Translations under genes and position numbers: made by a program | The notes under the pieces: model-generated | The model's database searches: none | Seen by the model: the letters and a program-made list of their open reading frames with translations, nothing else | What the model was told of the DNA's origin: nothing | Part shown: positions 56,572 to 64,000 of the stretch, in pieces | How the letters are laid out: every line of letters starts with the position of its first letter | Position numbering within the stretch: the stretch's first letter is position 1 | NCBI GenBank assembly: GCA_027064305.1 | Contig: JAMOPY010000023.1 | Span: forward strand, 1 to 64,000 | Reading direction: 5' to 3' | Source: Methanobacteriota archaeon | GTDB lineage: Archaea > JAADCQ01 > Methanopyri > Methanopyrales > Methanopyraceae | DNA length: 64,000 bases

Positions 56572-57624
56572 TTGAAACCGATCACCCTCGTGCGCCCCTC
56601 CGGCGAGGTCACGGCCAAGAGCCCCGTCGTCCGCAAGACCCTCCTCGGCGAGCTCGCCGCCCGCCTCGAACGGCGCACGGGCGAGGTCGTGCGCGTGAAG
56701 GGCCCCCGGCTGATCGTCCACGGCCACCACGAGAAGGAGGCCGCCCGAGAGTTCGGCGTCGCCGGCGCCCTCCCCGGCTACGAGGTCAAACCCCGTCCCC
56801 AGACCGTGCTAAAGGCGTTCAGGAGACTACTCCGGGACGCGCCGGAGCGCATCCGGCTCGACGTGCGCTCCCACCACCCGAACGTCTCCGGCCGCTCCCT
56901 GTACGACGCCGCCCGCGACCTGGCGGAGGCCTCCGGGCACACCGTGACCAAATCCGCCCCCCGCGTGCTCCTCGAGGTCCACGACGACGCCGCCTACGCG
57001 TGCGGACCGGAGGAACCGGGCCCCGAGGGCCTCCCCGTCGGCACCCAGGGCACCGCCCTCACCCTCCTCTCCGGCGGACTCGACAGCCCCGTCGCCGCCT
57101 GGATGGCCATGCGACGCGGCCTCGAGTGCCGCGGCCTCCACCTCCTCGTGACCGAGTCCGAGCTCGAGGCGGCCGAGGAGAACGAGAGGATCCTCCGAAG
57201 GTGGGACCCCGAGTTCAAGCTGCACGTCGACGAGTCCCACCGGGAGTTCCTGGAGACGGCCGAGGAGCGGCTCTCCGGCCGCCTCGAACGCTACCTGTGC
57301 GTCGTCTGCAAGATGCGCATGATCGAGCGCGCCTGCGAGTGGGCCGAACGACTGGGCTGCGAGTGCCTGATCACGGGCGACTCGCTGGGCCAGGTGGCGA
57401 GCCAAACGGTATGGAACCTACGGCTCGAGGAACGAACGGCCCGCCTCCCCATCTTCCGCCCGCTGATCGGGATGAACAAGCCCGAGATCGTCCGGTACGG
57501 GCGCCGCATCGGGATCCCGCAGCGCGACCCGGGCCGATGCCCCTTCGTCCCCGACCGACCCATCGTTAAGCCCCGGGAACGAGAGGCGATTAGGGCCTAC
57601 CGGAAAGTCAAGGAAGCGCGATAA
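56572..57624 (+). CDS. thiI: tRNA 4-thiouridine(8) synthase (methanogen type)
   Basis: GEVTAKS..VR, GLPVGTQG, LLSGGLDS, CVVC, TGDSLGQVASQT, RPLIG, C-terminal CPF. Confidence 0.92.
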   Translation: MKPITLVRPSGEVTAKSPVVRKTLLGELAARLERRTGEVVRVKGPRLIVHGHHEKEAAREFGVAGALPGYEVKPRPQTVLKAFRRLLRDAPERIRLDVRSHHPNVSGRSLYDAARDLAEASGHTVTKSAPRVLLEVHDDAAYACGPEEPGPEGLPVGTQGTALTLLSGGLDSPVAAWMAMRRGLECRGLHLLVTESELEAAEENERILRRWDPEFKLHVDESHREFLETAEERLSGRLERYLCVVCKMRMIERACEWAERLGCECLITGDSLGQVASQTVWNLRLEERTARLPIFRPLIGMNKPEIVRYGRRIGIPQRDPGRCPFVPDRPIVKPREREAIRAYRKVKEAR

Positions 57625-57782
57625 AGACCCACCGAAACGCGAGACGACGCGCAGATGGTAACCCCCGTTCCCTACCCATCCACGGGGCCCACCCCGATGT
57701 TCTCCCCTTTTCCGAAAACGAAGGGGACCTCGACCCGACCCCACTCACCCGACACCGGGCCTCGGAGTTCGTTCGCCACGGC

Positions 57783-58601
57783 GTGATCACCCTCGAACCC
57801 GACCGACCCCTGTGGAGCGCGATCAAGGCCATGGTGCTTCACCGCGTCCCCGGAATCGTGCTCCTGAACGAGCGCGACCCCGCGAGGGTGATCGAGGAGG
57901 CGGACGTGATCCGGGCCCTGCGCTCCCTAGAAGGGGACGCACTCCGGGCCGAGGCGTGGAGGTTCTCCCGCCCCGGGGCGACGATCGCCCCGGACGACTC
58001 CCTGCTGGACGCCGCGGTCGAGATCGTGCGAAGGGGCGTCACGCACGCGCTCGTGCGCTCCCCCGGCTCCCGCCGGGGCGTCTACGGAACCCTCGCGATC
58101 GACATCGCCCGCGCGTTGACCGGTAACTATCGGGGCCACCACGTCCCGCCCCGGTTCCGGCCCTCCACGGGGATACCCCGCGTGGAGCGACCGCCGCGCG
58201 GGCCCGAGCGCCTGTCGGTGGGCGACGTGAGGTGGAGGCGGCCGCTCGCGCTGGACGCGTCCTCCTCGATCGCCCAGGTCGCCCGCGCCGTCGGCGAGCG
58301 ACACCGCAGGTACGCGGTCCTGCTGGAGGTCGGGCGCCCGGTGGGCCGTGTCGGCGACCGCGAGGTCCTGGCGGCACTCCTGGACGCGATCGCCCACCGT
58401 CGTGACCTGGGACGGCTCCGAGCGGTCGACTACGCACGGAGCGTCGTTACCGTCTCCCCCAGCACGCCACTGGCCGAGGCCCTGTGGGAGATGGTGAAGG
58501 AGTTCTCGGATCGCGCCTACGTGGTCCGTCGGGGCGAGCCCGCCGGGGTGGTGCCCGTGGCGGACGCCGTGTACGTGCTGGCGGCCGTCGAGGGGCGGTG
58601 A
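57783..58601 (+). CDS. CBS domain-containing protein
   Basis: Repeated CBS-like units (TIAPDDSLLDAA, LDASSSIAQVA, TVSPSTPLAEAL..M). Confidence 0.7.
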   Translation: MITLEPDRPLWSAIKAMVLHRVPGIVLLNERDPARVIEEADVIRALRSLEGDALRAEAWRFSRPGATIAPDDSLLDAAVEIVRRGVTHALVRSPGSRRGVYGTLAIDIARALTGNYRGHHVPPRFRPSTGIPRVERPPRGPERLSVGDVRWRRPLALDASSSIAQVARAVGERHRRYAVLLEVGRPVGRVGDREVLAALLDAIAHRRDLGRLRAVDYARSVVTVSPSTPLAEALWEMVKEFSDRAYVVRRGEPAGVVPVADAVYVLAAVEGR

Positions 58602-58652
58602 CCCGGACAAAGGTGATAACGCCGCGCGCCCGGAGCCGCCCGGGGCCGCCGC

Positions 58653-59165
58653 TTGGAGGAGGTCCTACGAGGCCGCGTCTGGGTGTTCGGGGACAACGTG
58701 GACACGGATCAGATCATCCCGGGCCGGTACCTGACCACCCAGGACCCCGAGGAGCTGGCCAGGCACGTGATGGAGGGTGCGGACCCGGAGTTCCCGGAGA
58801 AGGTGCGGGAGGGCGACATCCTCGTCGCGGGTCGGAACTTCGGGTGCGGGTCCTCCCGGGAGCACGCGCCGATCGCGCTCAAGGCGGCCGGGATCGCGTG
58901 CGTGGTCGCCGAGTCCTTCGCCCGGATCTTCTACCGGAACGCCGTGAACGTGGGGCTGCCCGTGATCGTGTGCCCCGGCGCGACCGACGCGTTCGAGACG
59001 GGGCACGAGGCGGAGGTGCGGCTGACCGAGGGGGTGATTCGAAACCTCACGACCGGGGAGGAGCTGGAGGCGAAGCCGCTGCCGAGGTTCATGATGCGGA
59101 TCCTCGAGGCGGGCGGTCTGGTGGAGCTGATCCGGAGGCACGGGCCGGAGGCGCTGGAGGGGTGA
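58653..59165 (+). CDS. leuD: 3-isopropylmalate dehydratase small subunit (LeuD/HacB family)
   Basis: GDNVDTDQIIP, NFGCGSSREHA, SFARIFYRNA.N.GL; adjacent to leuB. Confidence 0.85.
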   Translation: MEEVLRGRVWVFGDNVDTDQIIPGRYLTTQDPEELARHVMEGADPEFPEKVREGDILVAGRNFGCGSSREHAPIALKAAGIACVVAESFARIFYRNAVNVGLPVIVCPGATDAFETGHEAEVRLTEGVIRNLTTGEELEAKPLPRFMMRILEAGGLVELIRRHGPEALEG

Positions 59166-59171
59166 CGGCCG

Positions 59172-60179
59172 TTGTACAGGATCGCCGTGGTGCCGGGCGA
59201 CGGGATCGGTCCCGAGGTGATCGAAGCCGCCCTGCACGTGATCGAGCCCCTGATCGACGCCGAGTTCGTGGAGTGCGAGGCGGGCGACGCGTGCGCGGAG
59301 CGGCGCGGGGACCCGCTCCCGGAGGAGACGCTGGAGACCTGCCGGGAGGCCGACGCGGTGCTGTTCGGGGCGGCCGGGGAGACCGCGGCCGACGTCATCG
59401 TCCGCCTGCGGCAGGAGCTGGACCTGTACGCGAACATCCGGCCCGTCCGCGGCTTCGAGGGGCTCCGGGAGCTCACGGGCGAGCCGTACGTGCGCGACGA
59501 CGTGGATCTCGTGATCGTGCGCGAGAACACGGAGGGCCTGTACGCGGGCGTGGAGGGTCGCTTCCGGGACGCCGCCTACACGCTGAGGGTCATCACGGAG
59601 GAGGGGACCCGGAGGATCGCGGAGATCGCGTGCGACATCGCCGAGGACCGTGGCGCCGACGCGGTCACGTGCGTGCACAAGGCGAACGTGATGCGGGAGA
59701 CGTGCGGCCTGTTCCGGGACGTCTGCAGGGAGGTGGTGGAGGACCGGGGCCTGAAGTTCGAGGAGTACTACGTGGACGCCGCCGCCATGTTCCTAATCAC
59801 CGAACCCGAGCGCTTCGACGTGGTGGTCACGCCGAACATGTTCGGCGACATCCTCTCGGACGAGGCCGCGGCCCTCGTGGGCGGGCTCGGCCTGGCGCCG
59901 AGCGCGAACGTGGGGGACGAGCACGCGCTGTTCGAGCCCGTGCACGGGTCCGCCCCCGACATCGCCGGCAAGGGCATCGCCAACCCCCTCGCCGCCATCC
60001 TCTCCGCCGCCATGATGCTCGAGTGGCTCGGGGAGAAGGAGGCGGCGGAGGCCGTCTGGGAGGCCGTCGGTGACGCCATCCGGGAGCGGTGCGTGACCCC
60101 GGACCTGGGCGGGGACAAGCGGACGATGGAGGTCGCCGAGTTCGTGCGGGAGCGGGCCCTCAGCCGGGTCCGGAGCTAG
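59172..60179 (+). CDS. leuB: 3-isopropylmalate/3-methylmalate dehydrogenase
   Basis: PGDGIGPEV, FGAAGETAADVIV.LR, RENTEGLY, HKANV, NMFGDILSD, EPVHGSAPDIAG. Confidence 0.88.
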   Translation: MYRIAVVPGDGIGPEVIEAALHVIEPLIDAEFVECEAGDACAERRGDPLPEETLETCREADAVLFGAAGETAADVIVRLRQELDLYANIRPVRGFEGLRELTGEPYVRDDVDLVIVRENTEGLYAGVEGRFRDAAYTLRVITEEGTRRIAEIACDIAEDRGADAVTCVHKANVMRETCGLFRDVCREVVEDRGLKFEEYYVDAAAMFLITEPERFDVVVTPNMFGDILSDEAAALVGGLGLAPSANVGDEHALFEPVHGSAPDIAGKGIANPLAAILSAAMMLEWLGEKEAAEAVWEAVGDAIRERCVTPDLGGDKRTMEVAEFVRERALSRVRS

Positions 60180-60477
60180 CCCCGGACCCGGGGCCTCCTC
60201 CACCGGACGACGGGCCCGGGCCGCCCGACTGCGATCCCCCGCCCCCGGACTCGCTCCCGGACACGCCCACGTCCTTCACCTTCACCCGCTCCGCGATGTG
60301 CGAGGGCGAGACCGGGTGGGGCTTCCGGTGCTTCAGCTCCGGGGGTAGGGTCACCTTGCTCTTCTTCCGCTCCTTCAGTACCTCCTCCTTCGCGGGTGAA
60401 ACGCTGATGAACCCGGCGGCCGCCCCGATTAGGAACCCGAGGACGGCGGTCACCTTCAGCAGGGTGGGGGCCCGCAC
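60160..60477 (-). CDS. Hypothetical small membrane-anchored protein with a Gly/Ser-rich tail
   Basis: Fills the gap between leuB and the next gene; N-terminal hydrophobic helix, basic middle, GS-rich end. Confidence 0.5.
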   Translation of the reverse strand: MRAPTLLKVTAVLGFLIGAAAGFISVSPAKEEVLKERKKSKVTLPPELKHRKPHPVSPSHIAERVKVKDVGVSGSESGGGGSQSGGPGPSSGGGGPGSGASSGPG

Positions 60478-60501
60478 TCCCGACCACCCCGGGGTTCGTC
60501 C

Positions 60502-61212
60502 ATGCCCTCGGTCAAAATGACCATTGGGGCGAGCGGGGCCGCGGAGGCCGCGCTCAACGGCGACGTGGTGGTCGTGGTGGACGTGGTCAACACCTCCTCC
60601 GCCGCGGAGGTCGCCCTTCGGGGCGGCGCCATCGAGGTGCTCGGAGCCGCCCCCGACCGCGCCTACGAGGTCCTGGTGAGGAAGCGGGCCTCCAAGTACC
60701 CGTTCGCGGACGCGCCGAAGGGCGTGGACCCGGTGGAGCGGGGTCGGGAGGCGGGCCGCCTCGCCGTGGAGCACGACGCGGAGGTGGTGCTGGTGGTGGA
60801 CGGCGGCGAGGAGAACGCGCGGATGGCCCGGCAGGGCGTGGAGGAAGAGGGGGCCGAGATCGCCGAGATCGTGCCCAACGCGGGCCCTCGCATCAAGGAC
60901 GTGGTCGACCTCTCCGACCGGGTCTTCCTCTTCGTCACCGCCACGGGGGGCACCCTGTACGACGTGGCCCGCACGCACGGGGCGCCCGCCGTCACCTTCG
61001 GCACGGTCGTGCGACGCTCCCTAATCCGCGCGTGCGCGGAGCGGGCCGTCCGGCTGTCCGAGCGCTACGGATCCGGGATCACCATCGTCGCCTCCTCCAT
61101 CTTCGCCCCCGAGGACCTCGACGCGGGCGCCCGCATCTTCGAGGAGGTCTGCAAGGTCATCACCGAGAACGTCTGCGAGGAGCGGTTCGAGGAGATCGTC
61201 AGCTCCCTGTGA
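60502..61212 (+). CDS. Hypothetical protein, distantly ComB (2-phosphosulfolactate phosphatase)-like
   Basis: [14 protein letters not shown]...ALRGGA and FVTATGGT resemble ComB motifs. Confidence 0.55.
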   Translation: MPSVKMTIGASGAAEAALNGDVVVVVDVVNTSSAAEVALRGGAIEVLGAAPDRAYEVLVRKRASKYPFADAPKGVDPVERGREAGRLAVEHDAEVVLVVDGGEENARMARQGVEEEGAEIAEIVPNAGPRIKDVVDLSDRVFLFVTATGGTLYDVARTHGAPAVTFGTVVRRSLIRACAERAVRLSERYGSGITIVASSIFAPEDLDAGARIFEEVCKVITENVCEERFEEIVSSL

Positions 61213-61225
61213 GGGGGCGCCCCGG

Positions 61226-62431
61226 TTGGGTTACGTTGACCGGTACCCGGACGAGGACGGTTACTTCGGCGAGTACGGCGGCCGCTTCGTGCCGGAGACC
61301 CTGATGCCCGCGCTCGAGGAGCTGGAGGACGCGTTCAAGGAGGCGCGCGAGGACCCCGGCTTCTGGGAGGAGCTTGAGGAGCTGTGGCGCAAGTACGCGG
61401 GTCGCCCCACCCCGCTGTACCACGCCCGGAACCTCTCCCGGCGGCTCGGCGTGAAGGTGTACCTCAAGCGGGAGGACCTCGTGCACGGGGGCGCGCACAA
61501 GCTCAACAACACGCTGGGCCAGGCCCTCCTGGCCGACCGGATGGGTAAGGACCGGCTCATCGCCGAGACGGGCGCGGGCCAGCACGGGCTCGCCACGGCC
61601 ATGGCGGGCGCGGCCCTGGGCAAGAAGGTCGAGATCTACATGGGCGCGGTGGACGTGGAGCGCCAGAAGCACAACGTGTTCCGGATGGAACTCATGGGGG
61701 CCAAGGTCCACCCGGTCAAGGCCGGGACTCAGACACTCAAGGACGCGATCAACGAGGCACTCCGCGACTGGATCACGAACCTGGAGACCACGCACTACCT
61801 TCTCGGCTCCGTCGTGGGACCGCACCCGTACCCCTGGATGGTCCGCGAGTTCCAGCGCGTGATCGGCCGGGAGACCAAGGAGCAGATCCAGCGCGCCGAG
61901 GGGGGACTCCCCGACGCGATCGTAGCCTGCACGGGCGGGGGCAGCAACTCGATCGGGATCTTCTACGAGTTCCTGGACGACGAGGAGGTCGCCCTGTACG
62001 CGGTCGAGGCCGCGGGCAAGGGACTGGACACGGGCGAGCACGCGGCCTCCCTGTGCGCGGGCGAGACCGGGGTCCTCCACGGGTGCCGCACCAAGGTCCT
62101 GCAGGACGAGCACGGCCAGATCCGAACCACCCACAGCATCGCCCCGGGGCTCGACTACCCGGGCGTCGGCCCCGAGCTGGCGTTCCTGGTCGACGAGGGT
62201 CGCGTCATTGCGGACGCGGTCACGGACGAGGAGGCGCTCAAAGGCTTCGTGATGCTCAACGAGACGGAGGGTATCCTACCCGCGCTCGAGTCCGCGCACG
62301 CGGTGTACTACGTAAAGAAGCTGGTGGACCGGGGCGAGCTGGACCGGGGTGACGTCGTGGTCGTCAACCTCTCCGGCCGCGGGGACAAAGACGTGAGGAT
62401 CGCGGCCCGGGAGCTGGGCGTGTCCATCTAG
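61226..62431 (+). CDS. trpB: Tryptophan synthase beta chain
   Basis: [56 protein letters not shown]. Confidence 0.97.
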   Translation: MGYVDRYPDEDGYFGEYGGRFVPETLMPALEELEDAFKEAREDPGFWEELEELWRKYAGRPTPLYHARNLSRRLGVKVYLKREDLVHGGAHKLNNTLGQALLADRMGKDRLIAETGAGQHGLATAMAGAALGKKVEIYMGAVDVERQKHNVFRMELMGAKVHPVKAGTQTLKDAINEALRDWITNLETTHYLLGSVVGPHPYPWMVREFQRVIGRETKEQIQRAEGGLPDAIVACTGGGSNSIGIFYEFLDDEEVALYAVEAAGKGLDTGEHAASLCAGETGVLHGCRTKVLQDEHGQIRTTHSIAPGLDYPGVGPELAFLVDEGRVIADAVTDEEALKGFVMLNETEGILPALESAHAVYYVKKLVDRGELDRGDVVVVNLSGRGDKDVRIAARELGVSI

Positions 62432-62814
62432 GACTTAGGCCGGATCCGGAACTCGCAGTGGTCATCCCCGGACAGCCGGCACCGCTCCTCTTCCACCTCC
62501 ATCTCCACGTCGTAGTACAGCTCCGCCAGCTTCCGGAAGAGCGCCGCCTCGAACCGGCACGCCGGATCCTCCACCTCCACGTCCGGGTTCTCCTCGTAAA
62601 AGTCCGAGGTCACCGTCTCGTCCACCCTCACCACGATCTCCCGCACCTCGTCCCCCTCCTTCTCCACCTCGATGTCCACGCCCTCCATCCCCAGGCTCTC
62701 CAGCGTCTCAATCAGCTCCTCCAGCGAGTCCCAACCCTTCCGGTAGATAATCTCGGCGAACTCCTCCCCCTTCTCCTCCGACTCCTCCTCCAGCTCCTCA
62801 AACGACAGCTTCAA
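62428..62814 (-). CDS. V4R domain protein
   Basis: [10 protein letters not shown]...[18 protein letters not shown] is the V4R cysteine pattern; TTG start estimated. Confidence 0.78.
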   Translation of the reverse strand: MKLSFEELEEESEEKGEEFAEIIYRKGWDSLEELIETLESLGMEGVDIEVEKEGDEVREIVVRVDETVTSDFYEENPDVEVEDPACRFEAALFRKLAELYYDVEMEVEEERCRLSGDDHCEFRIRPKS

Positions 62815-62829
62815 CCGGGGGACCCCCGC

Positions 62830-63195
62830 TTGAGGCACTTTAAGACCCTCACCGACCGGGAGCGGGCCATCTTTGAGGCCGGAATTACCCTGGGCGCAAT
62901 TTATCATCAATTCTCCGGTACGCCCGTCTCCCCCGAAACCGCGAGGGACGTGGCCCGCTGCATCGAGCGCGCCGCCGAGCTGCAACCCTGCGTCGAGCGG
63001 GTCAGCGTCGACATCGACGTGAGCGAGCGGGACACCGAGAACTACGGCGGATACACCGAGGTCTCCGGGCGCAACCTCCGCGTCCGGCTCGTCACCCGAT
63101 GCGGGGACTGGGAGGCCGTGGCCCGCCTGGAGTACGTGGAGGAGCTGGAGTACCCCCTCATGTGGATCGAGGAGGTCCGGAGGGTGCGCGATTGA
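62830..63195 (+). CDS. mptD: Archaeal dihydroneopterin aldolase
   Basis: TDRERAIFEAGITLGAIYHQF.GTPV, QPCV, YTE..G, L.YPLM. Confidence 0.92.
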   Translation: MRHFKTLTDRERAIFEAGITLGAIYHQFSGTPVSPETARDVARCIERAAELQPCVERVSVDIDVSERDTENYGGYTEVSGRNLRVRLVTRCGDWEAVARLEYVEELEYPLMWIEEVRRVRD

Positions 63196-64000
63196 CCGTC
63201 GTGGGCATCGCCGCGGACTTCGACCCTCCCCACCGCGGACACGCGTACCTCCTAGAACGCGCCACCGAGCTCGGGGAGGAGGTCGTCGTCTTCCTCAACG
63301 CGGACTACACCGCCCACCACACCCCACCCCTCCTCCCGTACGAGCTCCGCGCCGAGATCGTCCTCGAGCTCGGCGCCGACGACGTGCGACCGGTGCGCGG
63401 GTACCACCAGCGCTTCCCCCTGGCCTACACGGTCCCCGTACGCGTCGCCACCATGGCCGAGGCCGGCGTGGACGTCATCCTGGACGCCGGTCCCCGACGA
63501 GACCTGGAGGAGGTCCGACGCCACGCCGAGCGGGTCCTCGAGCGGGGCGACCTCTTCTCCATCCCCAAGACCGTGCCCGCGAGGAACCTCGTCCGGTGGC
63601 TGGCCGCCGTGGAGCTGGTCAACCGTCGGCTGGGCACGGACGTGGAGCTCAGGATCGTGCCGGAGCTGCCCGGGCACTCGGGCCGCCGGATCCGGGCCGC
63701 CCTCCGCCGCGCCGACTACTCGCCCGACGCCCTGAACGGGCTCCGCCGCCACCTCCCGGACGAAACGTTCAGAAGACTGAAACGTTACCTGTCCCGGGAG
63801 CGTCCCCCCATCGCCCGGAGGGAGCGACTCGTCCGCACCGCCAACGCGGCGGGCCCGGATCGCATTTGTAGCGTCGCGCACGTGAACACCCTGGCCGCCC
63901 GGGAGCTCCTCCGCGGCCGCCCCTTCCGCGACGAGCGGCAGCTCTGGGGCGCCCTCAGGCGCGCCGGGTACGGCTCCGTGCTCACCCGGCTCGCCCTCGC
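63192..64000 (+). CDS. HIGH-type nucleotidyltransferase family protein (TmcAL/COG1323-like); runs off the window end
   Basis: TTGA overlap start; translates MTVVGIAADFDPPHRGHAYLL; absent from the ORF track, consistent with no in-window stop. Confidence 0.8.
   Translation, partial: MTVVGIAADFDPPHRGHAYLLERATELGEEVVVFLNADYTAHHTPPLLPYELRAEIVLELGADDVRPVRGYHQRFPLAYTVPVRVATMAEAGVDVILDAGPRRDLEEVRRHAERVLERGDLFSIPKTVPARNLVRWLAAVELVNRRLGTDVELRIVPELPGHSGRRIRAALRRADYSPDALNGLRRHLPDETFRRLKRYLSRERPPIARRERLVRTANAAGPDRICSVAHVNTLAARELLRGRPFRDERQLWGALRRAGYGSVLTRLAL

Noticed and set aside
57625-57782. Intergenic hairpin TCCCCTT...AAGGGGA upstream of the CBS gene
   Set aside because: A single short stem with no recognisable ncRNA boxes; could be a terminator or promoter element, and evidence is insufficient.
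61226-62431. trpB without an adjacent trpA
   Set aside because: Sequence is of the ordinary TrpB1 type; dispersed biosynthetic genes are common in this lineage and trpA may lie elsewhere.
82-64000. Many long alternative-frame and antisense ORFs (e.g. 242..1900-, 5959..7947-, 10431..12839-, 37690..39453+, 53434..55983+)
   Set aside because: These are shadow ORFs expected from high GC3 codon bias. They are R/G/P-rich or mirror real genes and carry no motifs. Where a real gene was hidden at their 3' end, I trimmed it out.

Overview
GC-rich archaeal chromosomal segment, most consistent with Methanopyrus. The evidence is a tRNA gene with C at position 8, pseudomurein Mur-ligase/MraY genes, methanogen ACDS genes, very acidic proteins and many TTG/GTG starts. 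Order: (1) a ~17 kb + strand carbon-fixation run (cdhA, cdhB, degenerate second cdhA, cdhC, cooC/acsF, cdhD, cdhE, galE-like, cooF-like, cooC, korDABC, sucCD, pantoate kinase, cooT); (2) pyrF and a hypusine/polyamine cluster (dys, speB, eif5a, pdaD); (3) IMPase-MazG fusion, NAD kinase, a tailed histone, Nob1-like PIN, a retropepsin/peptide-deformylase-like fusion, hemC, dph5; (4) a minus-strand gltX-led pseudomurein cluster; (5) tRNA-Lys(UUU), argS, prf1, pyrH, PhoH-KH, uppS, an NSun6-like methyltransferase; (6) a small PAN-OB-like protein, a coiled-coil/bactofilin-like protein, an Era-KH/LbH fusion and the ipk-fni-rnj-idsA isoprenoid operon; (7) thiI, leuD, leuB, trpB, mptD. Three box C/D guide sRNAs were read directly from the sequence. 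I saw no CRISPR array, rRNA or mobile element. Best lead: the three distal genes of the pseudomurein cluster look like an FtsQ-type POTRA protein, a membrane-anchored Ntn-hydrolase and a SEDS/Wzy-like polymerase, i.e. a candidate extracellular pseudomurein polymerisation and cross-linking machine. All family calls come from motif recognition without database searches, and several start codons are estimates.
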